DNA of 59,693 nt, filler included, from Dimorphilus gyrociliatus (taxonomy: Eukaryota > Animalia > Annelida): NCBI GenBank assembly GCA_904063045.1. It is 3 parts of 3 records of this genome, joined end to end, with 100 filler letters (N's around TTAATTAATTAA, not from the genome) between each part and the next. Parts side by side here need not be neighbours in the genome. Positions count along the whole stretch, not along the records: positions 28,062 to 52,751 come from CAJFCJ010000002.1; 2 more parts are not named here. One strand, 5' to 3'. Shown here piece after piece: positions 33,573 through 49,208 of the stretch. Numbering within the stretch: the stretch's first letter is position 1; every line of letters starts with the position of its first letter. The notes beneath the pieces were generated by a model. It saw nothing but the letters and a program-made list of their open reading frames with translations, ran no database searches and was not told the DNA's origin. A program made the position numbers and the translations under genes.

Positions 33573-36005
33573 AATTTTTTCGTTGTAATGAAACCTGTAA
33601 GAAAAATCGACAAAGCGTGAACTTTCAACTCGACATAAATGCACTATATCACTCGTTTATGTGTAATGCTAGAAAAGAACTGCACGAGAGAATAAAGCAC
33701 GAAGTTTACACAGTGAAAATCTGAAAAATAAACATAAAACTGGACAGACTAACAAAAGTAAGCGTCAGACTAGTGGTGATTTACATAAGCGTCACAAGTT
33801 TCTCTTTACCCGATTTATTATTTGTTAGAAAGTCATTAAAAAAATTTTTTTTTTTATTTTTTTTTTTTTGTTTAAAAAAAAATCAGAGAACATCATATCG
33901 GATCATGCATTGATCTCTTCTTCACACAATTTTTCAACTGGCATTTAGAAAAGCTACAATGGGCCTTATTGCTATTTACAATCGGTTCAATGCAATCTAT
34001 TCACGCCATTCAAATGAAAATTTTTTCAAGCTCTCCGCCACAGTCAGCATTAAACTTCTAGTATTGTGTCGGCTATTTTTAATAAGCCATAGAAGCTTGT
34101 CAACAAATCTATAAACGAAGCGGGCACGGCTCAAATGCGCGTTTTAACTTGTTTTTATAATTCAATTCATCTTTCGAAATCTAACCCGCCGCAACTTATA
34201 CATAAATCAATCGATAAAAAACGTGTATGATTACACGGAACGTTCATGTTCCATATGATAATTCTCACAATCGATTGTGAACTTGTCACCAAGCGCTGAT
34301 CGAACTCATCGATTTTTAAAATTCTCTCCCTTTCTTTTATTTTGAATTGTCGATCGTATTTGTTCATTTCCATATAACGTCAAATATATATATGTGTATA
34401 GACTATATCTGTCTATGAATATAGATACATTCTAATAACTCGAAAATCTTAACTTTAAGATTAAATAGACGTTGTTAATTTTCTTCAAGTTACATATGTA
34501 CAAAATACATTGACATAAAGATATTAACATGATTATAACATAATCTGACATCTGATAACGTCCGATTTAATACGGTTTTAACAAAAAGGAAAATGATTAG
34601 GAATGTTATACGTCGGGGTAAGATGTAAAGAATCCCACCTGTTGACACTAATTGCCTCGCACCTGTTCATGTAATCTACGCAATCTCTTAAAGGGCGGTG
34701 ATTTTTCAAAAAGAAAAAAAAAAAAGAAAAATCTATTCTAGCGAAGCCGCTGTCTAAATACAATATAATGACTAATCTACTCAATTCAATTAAAATTCTT
34801 ACTATCCTTAAGAAATATTTACATGTACAGAATTGAAAAATACCTATATTCTGTCTAAGCAGAGTAATTCCAGACTAATCTATAATATTTATCTATCTTT
34901 TAAATTATAGCATATTACATGCATATAGTCAAATGTTTTAATACAATTACGGACATAAATTAACAAATAATTTGAGTTTTTTCATGAATATTCAATAGCT
35001 TTATTTGTATAGATGAGTCCACTGTATATTTATGTATTTATCTCACTGATTGTATAAATATTATTGGTCGTCTTTGAAAAACTTGAAATAATTAGGTCAC
35101 AGTTTGTACATACCTATAACAAAAGAGTTTATATAAAAAATATACACTGTATATCGGTCAGTGGTTGACCAATGAGTAGGCCTGATATTTATACTGCACC
35201 AAGATATACAACTTCATAAGACGTATAGAAGTGGAAAAAAATAGAAAATTGTACTTGGTTGCATATTCCTTTATCCTCAGCCAAACGTCTTATTTAAAAC
35301 TAAAGGCTGTTTCTTGAGTACTCCTTAATTTACATTTGTTTCTATAGGCTGTCTTATAGTTACAACTGCGCTTCATAAATAAATATTCTATCCACATATA
35401 AAGACACAAATATATACAATTGAATAACAAGTAAAAGATAATTTTATGATACCTTATTACATTTCTTTGATGATGGATAGATTCAAAAAGATTATTCTTA
35501 GCAGTTTCAAAATATTCTTATAAAAATGAATTACAGAGAAAGAGTTGAAATTTACCTATGAAAAGTTTAAGGTGCGTATCTATGCGGATCGAAGTTGACT
35601 ATTAAAGTCGCCAGCACAATAAAAGCGACCAGATAAAGATTAATACGGATTTAAATTCAACCGGATTGAATAAATCACGTGACAATTATCACGTGATAAA
35701 TTCGAATAAAAAGTCTTAAATCTTTTTCATTCGAAAAGCGATATATTTCTTATAGTTCTGACATTCCAAAGCTGTTTTTCAAATCAAAAACGTGACATAT
35801 AAATTGTTGGATTGTTATTGCACTTTAAAAAATGCCCGATAATACACGTTTTTTAACGTAGTTAAGAATTCTTTCGGCCTATTAGCGAAAGGCGATCGAA
35901 ACGTTGATAGTTATCTTTCCGCTATAATTGCATTATTAGAGAATGCAATAAAAAATGTGTCGTTTGCTTATGTACTATAAATGTGACAAATATATAAAAG
36001 TTTTT

Positions 36006-36042
<37 letters not shown>

Positions 36043-36954
36043 GGTAAAGTATATATAGAATTATATTTATATTTATATTCATATTTATAGAACATAAACT
36101 GCAAGTCTGAAAGGAGGCAAAAAACCCAATAAACTGCCCTCCTACTACGACAGAAAATTCACATTAAAAGGATCAAATTTAATCAGATTTCAAATTGAAT
36201 TCCGTAAATTACGCTTATTGAGGCGGAAGGAAATGAAATTTAGGGCGAGTACTAAATTGGATTTGACTAGCCGCTTTTGTTGTCAACTGACAGCTGCATA
36301 TTTCAATAGACGCCATTTTTAAACGCTTTTATATGCAATTTTAATAGGCATCTGTTGCTGAGTTGAGTGAGTGAAATACACACATAAACGATACCAGTAT
36401 TCAAATCTTTTATCAAAGAGTACAAGTAGATCACTCAAAATTGAAAATAAAAGAAAAAATTGCCCTATAGTAATCTTCAATGCATAGTTAACTCGTAAAT
36501 ACCCGCGCCACGCGACGCCGGTCAGTCGGACAGTGAAAAAGACGTTCGGAGTGTGGCGCCCTCTTCAACGATATAAGAGTTAAGCGGCCAAAAACGAAAC
36601 GAACACGTTTTTACAAAAGGAAAAGCTAAAAATAGATTTGAGAGGAAAAAGGAAAAACGAAAACACATTACCGAGAAATATTTAAACTTGTTGAATTTAT
36701 TAAAATCATGCAGTTGAAAGAATAATACATATATAGTAATCTTTCCGAATATAGAAACGATAGAACACTTAACGAATTCCTGGAAAAACGACAAGAAATA
36801 CAAACCGCTAACTTTTTTAATACAACGTTTAGAAGAACAACTTAAAACATGACTAGTAAAAATGAGTCGTCAACTGGTCGTCGTAAGTCCGACAATAGAA
36901 AACGTTGTATCCATGCAGTTCGAAATGAAAATGATGCTGAGAGTGTCTCTTTGA

Positions 36955-37040
36955 AACTAGCGGCCAATCATAACTGAGATATGCGTCTAAAATTGCAACG
37001 TCAACCAATCAGAGATCGCTTTACGGTCACGTGATCGACG
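36955..37040. promoter_or_regulatory. Putative promoter: two CCAAT boxes and a palindromic E-box
   Basis: GGCCAATCA (~36962), AACCAATCA (~37004) and GGTCACGTGATC (37025-37036), lying between the divergent zinc-finger and CAAP1-like genes. Confidence 0.4.
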
Positions 37041-39059
37041 CCATAGTCATAGTTGTCTGTTTGCTTTGTTAGACATCAGTCTGAATCCATCATTATCTAT
37101 TATTATTATTATTTCATTAATTTTTATTACTATACGTTTTGTTTGCTGCTTTATATTATATATGTATGTGTTTATAGCAAGGGTCGTAGACTCGAAGGAT
37201 GTGCTATTGACAAAGTTTTACGCTTGTTGACATTCGAATTGTTTACAAAGTCTAAACTAAATTTTCTACAGCGATAACATTAAAAAAATAAAAAAAGTTT
37301 GCTTTTTGATAAAGAAACACACGGACGAAGGCTCTAGACTAGTACAATAGATTACCGCGCGAGCGCGCAGCATTTTAAAAATTTAAAACATGCTTATAAT
37401 TTACATAGAAAAATATGAGAAGAACAAAGGCGGAACCGACATGTGACACTTGAATAAATTATGAGCTCAAAATGGACTTTTGTTGACAATGAGTCATTTC
37501 TAATGAAATAAAAGCTTGAAATTATTAAGGCAGATGGTGCTGTTTTGGTTGCCAAGTGAAATGATAAGGTTGCTATGTACTTTCGACTAGCGTGTGAAAC
37601 TAGCCAACACGTGCACGTATAGTCTCATACACATATGTATATGTAAAAAAATAAGTGGAATTATTTCTTAACCATACGCACGCATAGTTTTATTTAAAGA
37701 CGCGCAGTACTATATATATATATATATATATAGATATAGATATATGTTTGTTTATTTCTCCAAATTATATTCTCTTTCACAAGTGTATTTTTATTCACTC
37801 ATGCATACGTGCGCACACACAAATATATATATATATATATATTTATATAATTTTTTATATGATGGGTGATACTTATATTTAGCCTTATATTTAGAACACA
37901 ACAGTTATTACAAATACAATACGCCAATAGAGTTTGGTATAATTTTCTTTTTAATTCGTCACTTCACATAATACTCGTACATATCTTTAAGTAGTTTTCG
38001 CCCTAAAACATAAACCGGTCGTGTGATACGAGAGCCTCTATACTAAAATCGATACTCAACTGCCAACCATCGCCGTCAAAATTGCACAAAGCAATTGAAT
38101 TTTGCACCACTGATCTTGTTTCTATGGTAACGAGCAATTTACAGACCTCAATTTGCAGCTAAAAACAGGAATCCATCAAACTGCATCATACTTCAGTGAA
38201 ATTTTAGAACGTTTCCATTTGTAAACTAAACGTGTGCACGCAGTTTCTTTTTCTATAAACAACTCGACCGCGCATTTCTTTCTGCTATCTATCAAAAAAA
38301 TCTCTGTATACTTCTTTTTTTTTTTCGGAAAAATAACGCGCCGCCTTTTTTTCGCGCCCAAAAATTTTCTTCGTCCTATTCAAATGCGACAAAGACGCCG
38401 GTAAACAATAATCAAAAGGAGAAAACTTCGCACCAGTCGATCGATACTCTAGAGCAAACACTTGCCACAAAAAGACACATTTTATGCCAGTCCACGCTTC
38501 AATTTGACAAAATGAAATTTCAACATTGACAATTCTATATAAATCTCTATCACGCTTGTTCGATACTTTTTTTTTCATAACAGTTATCGTTTCAGTGAAA
38601 TTCTAATGCTTCAAGCAACTTATTTAATATAGGCGTATACTTTCTGATTTTATCCTTACCATTATAGCCTTAGGTAACTTCTAAATGTCGCTAATTGCTC
38701 ACCTATCTTTTGTCTTGCTTTGTCCGTACGCGCCATTTTGACGTGTCTAAAGTTCCCGCTTTCCCAGCATGCACCATTAAATATGGCTGAAAGCTTACTT
38801 GAAAAAGTGGAGGGAATTTCCGCGAAATTCTAGTCAAAGAATTTAATTTTGGTAAGAATTTTTATAAAAATAGATGTTATATTAATATGTGTTGCTAAAC
38901 GTAAAAGCCGATCGATGATCATTAATGTTAAGTTATGAAATTTTCAAGAAAATGTTTCTCTCATATCCCCTTTCTGACGGTTCTATATGTTCGCGTTCAA
39001 CTTACTGAATTCTTTTTTAAAGAACACTACTAAACTATGATTTTCTTTTCTTTACAGCC

Positions 39060-42000
39060 ATGAATAAAATAAGTGTAAGATTAGCTGATTCGACTAGTAG
39101 AACTGAGAATCAAATTTCTAGGAAACGATCAACTATGAATGAAGATGATCGAAAACGCGATTCGAGAAAGCGTAAAAGGGTAAGCGATTTTAGATTGAGT
39201 TGCTATATTTCAGTGGTATGGTAAAAATATCATTTTCCAACGGCTTTGTCTGAAACAGTTGCAATTTTCAACCCAATTTTCCGCAATCTGCTCTTTAATC
39301 TTATCGTATCCAAGACTGCAATTTGCATGTTAAGTGCATACTAACGGATAAAATTGTGACAGCGTCTAATTTCTTGTGTCTAGAGGGCGTTATTAAACGT
39401 CACTGAAAACTAATTAAGATTTATGTTTTCTTACTTACGTACATCTCTTAGAATCTTATGCGCATTTAATATGACAGGCAAATTAAATTGCAATAAAACA
39501 ACAATTTTTCCTACTTTTATGTGTTCTGTATTAATCAAAAATATTATTCATTAAAAGATATAATTAACCGTATCTGATATTGACAATTTTTTACTATGAG
39601 TTTCACATGACAACTTTTGTCAATAGCTATTTACAAAGCAATTTTTATAATAACTATAATTTACGATTTTTCAAAATTATGCAATACTAACAGTTCTCTA
39701 CTAACGTCATAGATATAAGTTTCTATTTTATTATTTAGAAATTGAATATAGATAGAACAAACGAAAAGGTCGCGCTAATTGCTCGCTATGATTGATGCTT
39801 GCGTATAGTGCAACGAATCACTTAAACTTCGTTATGAGCTTGTTTGTAATTGTATTTGGTTTTTTTTTTTCATTTTTTTTAAAAAAAATACTTTTAAAAA
39901 AAATTTTTTTTTTATTTTATTTATTTTTTATTTGTTCAAAATAAAAAAAAAGTTAAAAAAAAATAAAGAAAAAAAAAACTGTTCAGTAATTAATTCGTTC
40001 ACACAATTATCTTAAATAGCTGTATATTTGCAAATGAATTACAATGGTAATTTTCGATTAAGTACTGGACTGATAATTATTCGACATAAAATTAATTCAT
40101 TAGTAAAAAAATTCGTTGAGATTCAACCAAATTTTTTTTATTTCATTTTGTTTTTTTTTTTTTTTTTTTTTCGTTTTTCCTTTTTATTTTGTTTCATATT
40201 TGAAATGGTATGAGTCAACAAAAAAGTGTGTTTGTTTAGTGGTTTCTAATGTTGTTTCTAAAGATAAGTTTGAAAAAAATGAAAATGGGTTTTAAGTATA
40301 GATTTATAGAAAGCACTTTGAAGGTATCCTATAGTTATTTCGGATTTACTATTTACGAAGTAACGAAAGTGCTTTTATCATCAATGCGTATACGGTGTCT
40401 ATCAATAACAAGAAGAAAAATGTTCTTGTTACCGCGTAGGCCTAAATAAATTTACCGGGAAATGAGGGGCAGTTATATAAATAAGGCAATTGCGCCTATA
40501 AGCGAGATGGAATAAGAAAAGTATATGGCGTCCAGAACAAAAGGCTTTTGACAAGAAAATCAATGGTAGAAAAAACTGAGTTTTGCAACACGGAGAATTA
40601 GAAAAAGCTCGTATTTGAGATGTCCATCGTTGTTGCTAGGCAACGATGCGCTCTCAAAAATCTTTTCATAAATTGCGTCATTTTTATGCTACCGAACGGG
40701 CGGCGTTCGTTTTTAAAGGAAAAAGAAAAACGTCGGCGTTTTAAGCATGTTTTTTTTCATTTCCCCATCACAAATTATTGATGTATGCGACTCAAAGTTG
40801 AAGTGCGTGAAAAAGGAATTTTAATGATGAAATTCTTGAAATAAATGCCATGATCTGCAAAAACATTTCAAACGACAAATGCAGGCCAGGTGCGCGCCGT
40901 TACCATTCTGATAAGACATTAAATTACCTTTGATCTGCGGACGGTCTTAGATGTATGCATCCGCTGATAACGTTTCTATGAATATTTGTCGCATTGTAGC
41001 AGCGTGCGGTGGTCATTTGCACCCCGGAATTTTGTTTGTCGCCTCTTTCGATAAGATTAATCTTCTTTATTTTATACCCTTTCGACTTTTACAGATTCTT
41101 TTTCTTAAACAATCATTTCTCTTTGCCTTTTTATAAAATTAAACTTGACAATAAATGACCAATATCAAAACAAAAATTAATGCGTGAGCCATATACCTAA
41201 TACCTAAAATAATATATACATAAATAAATACACTTACTATATATACGTATTATATAGGACTTTTATATTTAAATAATAAGAAATACATATTTATGAATAT
41301 ATATATTTATTTCTGTAAATGTGCATACAACTTAAATACATAGTTTACTTTTAGATATCTACATATATATGTATATATGTGTGTGATGTATACATGTACG
41401 TATCTATGTACATATGGTGTTAAAGGGGGCGGGTAAGTGTATGAAGAGATGAACAATAAAACAAGAATGACCACTAAAGCGAACTGTAGAGCACCTGTCA
41501 TATTTTTTTCTTATAAAACTGTTGTCATAGCAACGAGAGAGGCCTTATCGGTGTGCTTTTCAAATTGATTGGTTCTCTTTGTAGATGAATGTAATTGCCT
41601 GCTACATGCCATTTTTTTCTTGCAGTGTTTTCGTATTAGTTGCGTTTATCAAATTTTCGCCGCATGTAAAAAAATTTCTTTTACTCATTTTTGGACGCAG
41701 AAGCCATCGAAATTGATTATGCAATAAATAAAGTTTATACGCGCGCGTCAGTTGCGTCATAGATCCGTTAATGACATAATACGCTTTGAACTCACGATGA
41801 CCCTAATTAAGCAGGACTTAATGCGCATGTAGCGTCTGGTTGTTACTAGCCGTAATTACGACGTATGTTCGGCGGAGGCCGAAAATGTATATTTGAAAAG
41901 CGCTTTATAAATATAACAATTATGCATAATTGGGAAATTGAAAAATTACTAATCGCGACCAGTAGGTATACGTAAACGGAAGGGAGAGTATATGTATATA

Positions 42001-42989
42001 TGGATATAAGTATACTTATGCATATAAAAATTTTACTTGTATGTATTTATAATTATATTTATAATGTATGTATAATTTTTTTGGCCTACAATCTTATACA
42101 TATGTACATGCATGTGTTTTACATTCCGTTCGTTGCGGATGCAATAAAGTAATTTGCTTGCAGTTTGTAATTAGTTTGAATCACGTGACCGTGCACCTGT
42201 GGCCGACGTTCTGTGGCGTCCATTGAAAATGAATGTATCCATGGTAACAGTTTTGTTGAGTCTAATGGAAATCAAAGTATCTTTGACTGACCGTCTACTT
42301 ATACACGCAATGACACGCGGAACACTTTTGTTCTCTGAAAAAGTTCCTTTGCTGTTCATTGAAGCGTGCCGTATACATGTCGGGAGACGTCGGCGTTCCT
42401 TAGTACGTACACACGCAGATCGAACGTTTTTATATACCTTGTTTCTTTCAATTTGACACGTTTTTATGTAGATGGTATTTATTTTTATTTTTCGGCTACT
42501 TCAGTTCTTCGTTAGTTTTACGTATTCTAAGACAAAAATTAAGTTGATATTCCCTATTCGATAACCAACGTATGAATGAACGTGTCCAAATTGGTCTAAA
42601 TAGGACACGTAGAGCGTCGCCGGCAGCGGGACGTTAATTTTCATCCGAATTGTTAAAAATCAACAATTGACGAGTCGAAGGCGGAACTTCAAGGGCGTCA
42701 AATTAGCATGAGACGCCATCGAACGCCCATCGAACGGTTCGCGATCGATTGTGCAACAAATCGACTTGTCACGTGACTATTAGTGAAAAGTTTAAAGTTA
42801 ATACGTCTTTGGCGTATAAGTAATCTATATAAACCATTATGATCTCACATGCAATATTTATATACATGAAAAAGTACATATCATAAATATGTACATATTT
42901 TTTTTCATAAATAAATACAATTTATACATTTATATAAATATCTATATATAACTATATATATATAAGATAGTTTATGTCTTTGTACATAC

Positions 42990-43020
<31 letters not shown>

Positions 43021-43945
43021 GAATATAAGAGAAGTATATGGGATATGAAGTTTGCTAATTACAAACTAGCTCGTGTTTACAGAACAAACTCATCATTCAT
43101 ACAGTAAAAAGAAAAGTTGGTAAGAAAATTGAAGTGTATGTTTCCATGGAAACTCTTTTGCCCGTCACACACGTTTTACGCCATTTTCCACATTTCACTT
43201 TGGCGCGTTTTTGTTGGGTGAAAGATGAGCGTCGGCTTCGTATTAAAACGAAACGTTTTTAATGAAAATGAGATTGTACCGAACGCTTTAAAAAAGCCCT
43301 CCTTTTCCTTCGATGATGTTTTACACTTGGCCGAACTTTCTCCTTTTATACCTTTGAATTATAATAATCTTGCCGCGATCACTTTGAACATAATAGAATT
43401 CTATAGGCAGTAGTTTATTCTTTGATTGTATTATGAGCAAATGAAAGAAAAACAATGAGTAATTGGCGAATAGACTTTGATGAATTTTCACTTATCCTTC
43501 AGGCATAACTTTGAAGAGACCAGTACACTTTTTTCTAACGATTATTCGTTATGTGTATTTGATTATGGTTTCTTGGGCTCGCCTGTCTTTTTTTATGTAC
43601 CCTCTTAATAAATTTCATTTCTTTTTTCAGTCCTATTCTGTTGAATCCTCGTCAGATAATGGTAGTGACCTGGATTTAAACAAAGATTTAAAGCCGATCG
43701 AAGAATATGTGAAAGACAGGCAAGTTATGATAAAGGAAATGTTTGCAAGTGTATCTCGCGATAAACTAAGAGCTATGCTCCCAGAAATATTAAAGGTATA
43801 TCAAACTTATATTTACTGTGTTGTATTATTAATAAGATTTGCGTATTAAACTACTTTTAGCCAATACCCATGAACGACTTGCAAAAGTTTTGTTGTGAAG
43901 AATTGGAAGTGATGTCAAGAAAGAGAATTATTAGAATTTTGCAAG
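39060..43945 (+). CDS. CAAP1: CAAP1-like (caspase activity and apoptosis inhibitor 1); coding exons 39060-39179, 43631-43795, 43861-43945; 3' exons not located
   Basis: Phase-consistent GT-AG junctions. LKPIEEYVKDRQVMIKEMF...KLRAMLPEILK|PIPMNDLQKFCCEELEVMSRKRIIRILQG matches my recollection of the CAAP1 core. Probable 5'-UTR intron 38852-39057. Confidence 0.8.
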
Positions 43946-46900
43946 GTAAGTCGAAATTTTGTATTGTTACTTGCTTTATCATCGCAAACGAGTCATCATT
44001 CGAAATAATCTGGTTGGAAATTGCTGTTTAATTAAGCTCAGAATACGCTTTACGACCCCGTTATATTGGTTTGGCAGCGTTCCGTATACGCGTAAAAATG
44101 ACGACGTATTAATAAGTATTCTATTTCATGAATACTAGTCCGCCTTTGATCTTCACCAGCCATTATGAATCTGAATCCATTTTGCAGTAACGAAATTTTA
44201 CCGACGCAGACTTTGCCCCTAAATTGCATTTTTGGCGCGTTTTAGTGCAAAAGTTATATGAGAGTGGTGTTTGCGTTATATTTTTAGTTTGTTTAGTTTT
44301 TTACCGCGTGTGCCTTTTAAGCGCGGCGTTCTTCTGACATTTCTCCTGGACAATCCTATTTTCGTCGACAATCTTATTACAATTCGCTATATGTATAATG
44401 TTTTTTTTTATTTTCTTTCTTTGTGCTCAGTCGCTATATATTTCGCTGAAAGACGCCACCGCTTAAATCAGGAGCGAATAGACGCCGCTCGAAGCTATAA
44501 GCAATCCATTATAATGTAATAATAAAGTTATCGATTAATATGTAATTGAATACAGACTACACAGTTTGCGTATAGCATATACGTTTCCTTTTGCTTGTGA
44601 CGTTGTATTCGATAATAATACGCACGAAATCGACACAAAACTCGCATAGATTTTATCGATGAAATGACCGAGAGTGGGGCGTTTATATACTTTTTCTATA
44701 CAGATATATATATTTATGCATATTTTATTTATATAAATATTTTCAAAAATATGAAAAAAATAATTTTCCCTATGATTAATAATTTTATATTTTTTAATTA
44801 GTTTTTTTGTTTTCTTTTCTCCCCCCTCCCTCTCTTTTCTCCTTTCTTTATCCGCTATAATTTATGATCTTATACGTGCGTGATTAAATGTAGAAAAAAA
44901 GGAAAGAGGAAAAATGCAAAATACTTTTATTCCATTTTTATTGCATCTAAAGAAAAAAGTAATATATGCACTATTTAATTTAGGTTGAATATGCCCTAAA
45001 ATACATGTACTCAAGGAAATAGCTATAAAGAGTATAATGTTTATTTCTAATTATAGTATATTCTATTTTTCTATTTTCCACATTCTATTCATCAATATAT
45101 CAATAGGAATAGATTTTAGAGAAAAGGAAAAGTTTTGAGATGTTTGCATATAAAATATGAAGGATCGAAGACGACCGCAATAGTCTGCGGATTTATATTA
45201 CGATCCGAAATGGAATTGATTAGTAGACGTTTCTCGAAGGCATTGTTTACTCTTTAGCCAGCTAAACGTTCGGTTTTTTTCTGTATACGATTACCAAGCG
45301 GTTCGATATCGCTAATTTCTACAGAGTGCATAGAAAGTCTAAAGGCGTTCTTAAATCCGCAAAAAAACGAGATGAAATGTGTAATGTAAGTAGATGATAA
45401 AGTTTTTAACGTTCGAAAAAGAGGAGAAAAAGAAGTCTCTAATTACCAGCCGACACTAATTATGTTTTGTGTACTCTATGTGACTAAGTGCTCTCTCTCT
45501 GTCTCTCTCACTCTAGTAGAAATCGATAGAAATGAAATTTTTCAAGCTAGAAAAAAAAAGAATGAAAAAGTGCCCCGCTGAGCAGAAGAAATGATCCACA
45601 GGCGTCGCGTTTAAATCTCCGCCTGCATCATTACTATAATTTGCTGCATTGAAAAGCGACCTTTTCGAAAGAGACGAAGGCTAAACGAGTTGGACAGTGT
45701 AAGAATAGATTACAAAAGAGAGAGAAAAAATTGAAAGGTTTCGTTTGTCATTTTCGAACGCATAACTTTGTTTGGCTTCATCTTCCTAATACGGTCACAA
45801 ATCAACTTAGGCTTTGTCTTCGCTCGTCGGCGTCGGAAAGGGAAAAGGCGAAAATCGTTTTGCCGAGACGCCTCCCCGAATTATGAATATAATCGAGTTA
45901 TTTGACTGCGGGCGTCGAAACGGAAATGGCAATAAAACGGAAGTGACGTTTTGCTGTTATGTATGCGTTGAACGATGTAGTTTTATTGGTGGCATAATTG
46001 GGCGCATTTCCGTTAAGAAATAGTTTTTTTAAGTTTGTGGCTAGGAGATCTCAATGCAAAAATATCTAAGCGAAACGCATACTGACGAGAGTAGTTTGTA
46101 ATGTTGATCATTTCGTGTACAGTGACATTTTGATGACATTCAACGCTGCATCTATATACTTTCCTTTAGATTTGCCTTTTATTTTCTAAAGTCCGTTCCT
46201 TATGAAAAAAGCACCTTTAAAAAAAGTATATTACTGTCTTATTGAGACGGAAAACAATTTAAAGAATTTTTTCTTAGCGCGTTGTTTAATTCAATTAGTG
46301 TTTGTTAAATAGTTTCTAAAGGTATTAAATTACGTAAGTAGAACCTATCGTCTATATGTGTGCACATATATAGAATTCACACGTGTCTTATATAATGGAT
46401 TACTGGCAACCAATTTTTATACCATTATAAGCGTTGTTTGTCACTTTAATATCAGTTTTGTTTAGTTGATGTACGTTTTGTTCGAGGCGCGCGGATTGGC
46501 GACAGTTTTCTTACGTTTTCTGTAGAAAGGGAGAGCATTAACGTCGATTTGAAAAAGAGGCGTCGGATGGAAACAAGGGTGACGTCATGGAAAATCGAAT
46601 GCAAACTTTATACAGTGTCAGATGACAAAATTGTGTTTGTGAGTTTATTAAAGGAAGCGAAAATGAATAATGAATCAAGGCGCCGAATCGTATACGCGCA
46701 CATAGTCGTTTCTGGCTATAGCGAATTTGAAAAATGTCAAACGAAGGCGGTATAGTCGGTATTTCTTCTTTTTCCTCCGACTGCCGCGTCTATTCAATTT
46801 ATTTGATGACCCACTAATGACCTTTTCCGTTACTATGGCAACATATTTAGATTAAAGTTTAGCGAGCGGCGGCTTGATGGATGGTGTTATCGGCTACTTT

Positions 46901-49170
46901 TTAGCTTAATCTCTAGCCGTTTGCTGCCAACTGATAACACGTACAAACTATTCATTCTCCTTTATTTTTTCTTTTATACTTTTATAATGAAACAACTTAT
47001 AGATATTATATATATATATATATTTCTATAAATACTGGATTCATATATATATATATATATATATATAGTGAGTGTTTTTATATATTTATATATATTTATA
47101 TATATGCGTCATATCCTTTATTCGTGCAGATGCTTTTCATTTACGCTTTTTTCGATTTTAACCAAAGTCTATTAAACGTGCAAAAAGAGAGTGCGACGTC
47201 GTTAATACGAGCCGCTTTTAAGTTTTTGTTGACTTTTCATTTGCATAATGGCGTTTTACGATTATAGGCTTTCTTATACGCGCGTCAAAGAACTACATTT
47301 GCGCCATCTGGCGTGTTACGTTGCCAATGGTCCTCTGGACCTTGTTTAATAAATTAATTGCATAATGTATCAGTTATCTATTGGTATTGTCATTAGCGTT
47401 GCTGTTGTTCCTTAATGCTATCAGTGCATTCAGTAGACGCTTGTTGACTAAATAGAAATATGGATGAATACATATTGTATATATATATATATAGATAAAT
47501 AAATATAAATAATATATGTAGTAAATTTTATATATATAAATATATTTTTATAAATATGTATGCCGATAAATTTTATATAGATATATAATATGCTATACTG
47601 AACTTAATGAGATTCAAAGTTCGTTTCACAGTTCGTTTCTCAAAGCAAAACGAACAGGAAGTGCATCTCGTAAACAGTCTTTCTTCATCGCTGGTCACGT
47701 GATGAGAGCAATATCAGCGGTGATGGTTAACGAGATTTATAATTATACGACGACCGCGCCGCAAATGTACCGTCTCCAACCGCATGAACGATGCAAAATT
47801 ATGTAATAAGAGAGACATTGTTGCGCAATTGTGTGCATTTTCCTTATAATTATTATTATGATTATTATTGATATGATTAGCAAGTCTATTAGCATAGACA
47901 TTATAACAACTAATGCATTTTATTAATACGAATGTTATTATTTCTACGTATAAGAAAGACGTAAAAGCTATGTATTAAAGACGTAATTAAAATTTTAATA
48001 GCATTTACTTTTATTTTAATTTTCTATTATTGCGCCATCAGAGCCAATATATTTAGTTAATGATAATTTTCATCATTATTTTTATTATTGAAGATGTCCG
48101 TATAGGTGATTGTTGAAAAGTACGTAAGACCTTAATAACGAAGCGAAAAAAGCTTTTAAGTTGGAATAAAGAATGAATGTGCGTCATCACTTTGAAACGC
48201 TTTCAACTAATAGAATGCCACAATTATAGTAGAAGCATTAGACTACGACTGGCTGGAATTATTATGCGTTTATAAAAGTGCCATGAATTATTGAAAATGA
48301 TAGCGCGATTGAGGGGAAGAGGAATGAAGTCGAAATGAGAATGGTATACAAACAAAACGAATGTTTGCTTGTTCTGTCCGTCGGGTGATAACGTTTGCTG
48401 TTTGTCTTGGTTGTTTGTCTTAGATCAACGTTTTTTTCCTTTTTAATTACGCCAAATATGCCGTGGTGGTTGGGAAAAGAGACGCTGGCCCCGGCTTTGA
48501 TGATTACTCACTCGATTTGCATTGTAATTGAGTTTTGTTGCTGCGCTTCAGTCCGTTTTGTATATATTATGTATAAAGATTGAAGTGGCGGGTGCGAAAG
48601 CGGTGTTGAAACCAGCGTAATGAAAAGCATAATCGCCTAACTCCGCCGCGTATGCTAATAGAATTAAAAGCAGGTGCAGTCGGGCTTTTTTTTTACATAA
48701 TTAAATTTGAACGATCGTTTTATGCAAATTCTCTCGTAGGAGCGCGTATTGTGGGCGGCGCTCATCTGCTAAATTGCAGTTGTCGCTTTGATGTAAGCGA
48801 TAAGTTGTTGCAGTCGTTTTTTTTGTGGACAATGAGAAAAGTGTTGAAATGCCGTTGGCGTGCTAGAGCTCTCTTTTTACTTTGACAAATTGTGTTTTTG
48901 TCGAAGCATTTCAGTGTACTATGTGTTTGTGTATTGTACATTGATATACTTTATACTTTTAACAAATTGAAAAGTTGCACTCGACTACAGAAATACTTTG
49001 AAGATGTACTTGGTAGATATTCCTTGACTGGGAAAAGGGCATGTGATAGACATTTTCGCCAGTCATCGATTAGACGCTTTTCAAACGTGAAAATCTTATT
49101 GATCTGTACAAGTGGTCAAATGTTGCACACCTGTCGCTCACCTCGCCGCCGCCGTTGTGTATATATAAAC

Positions 49171-49208
<38 letters not shown>

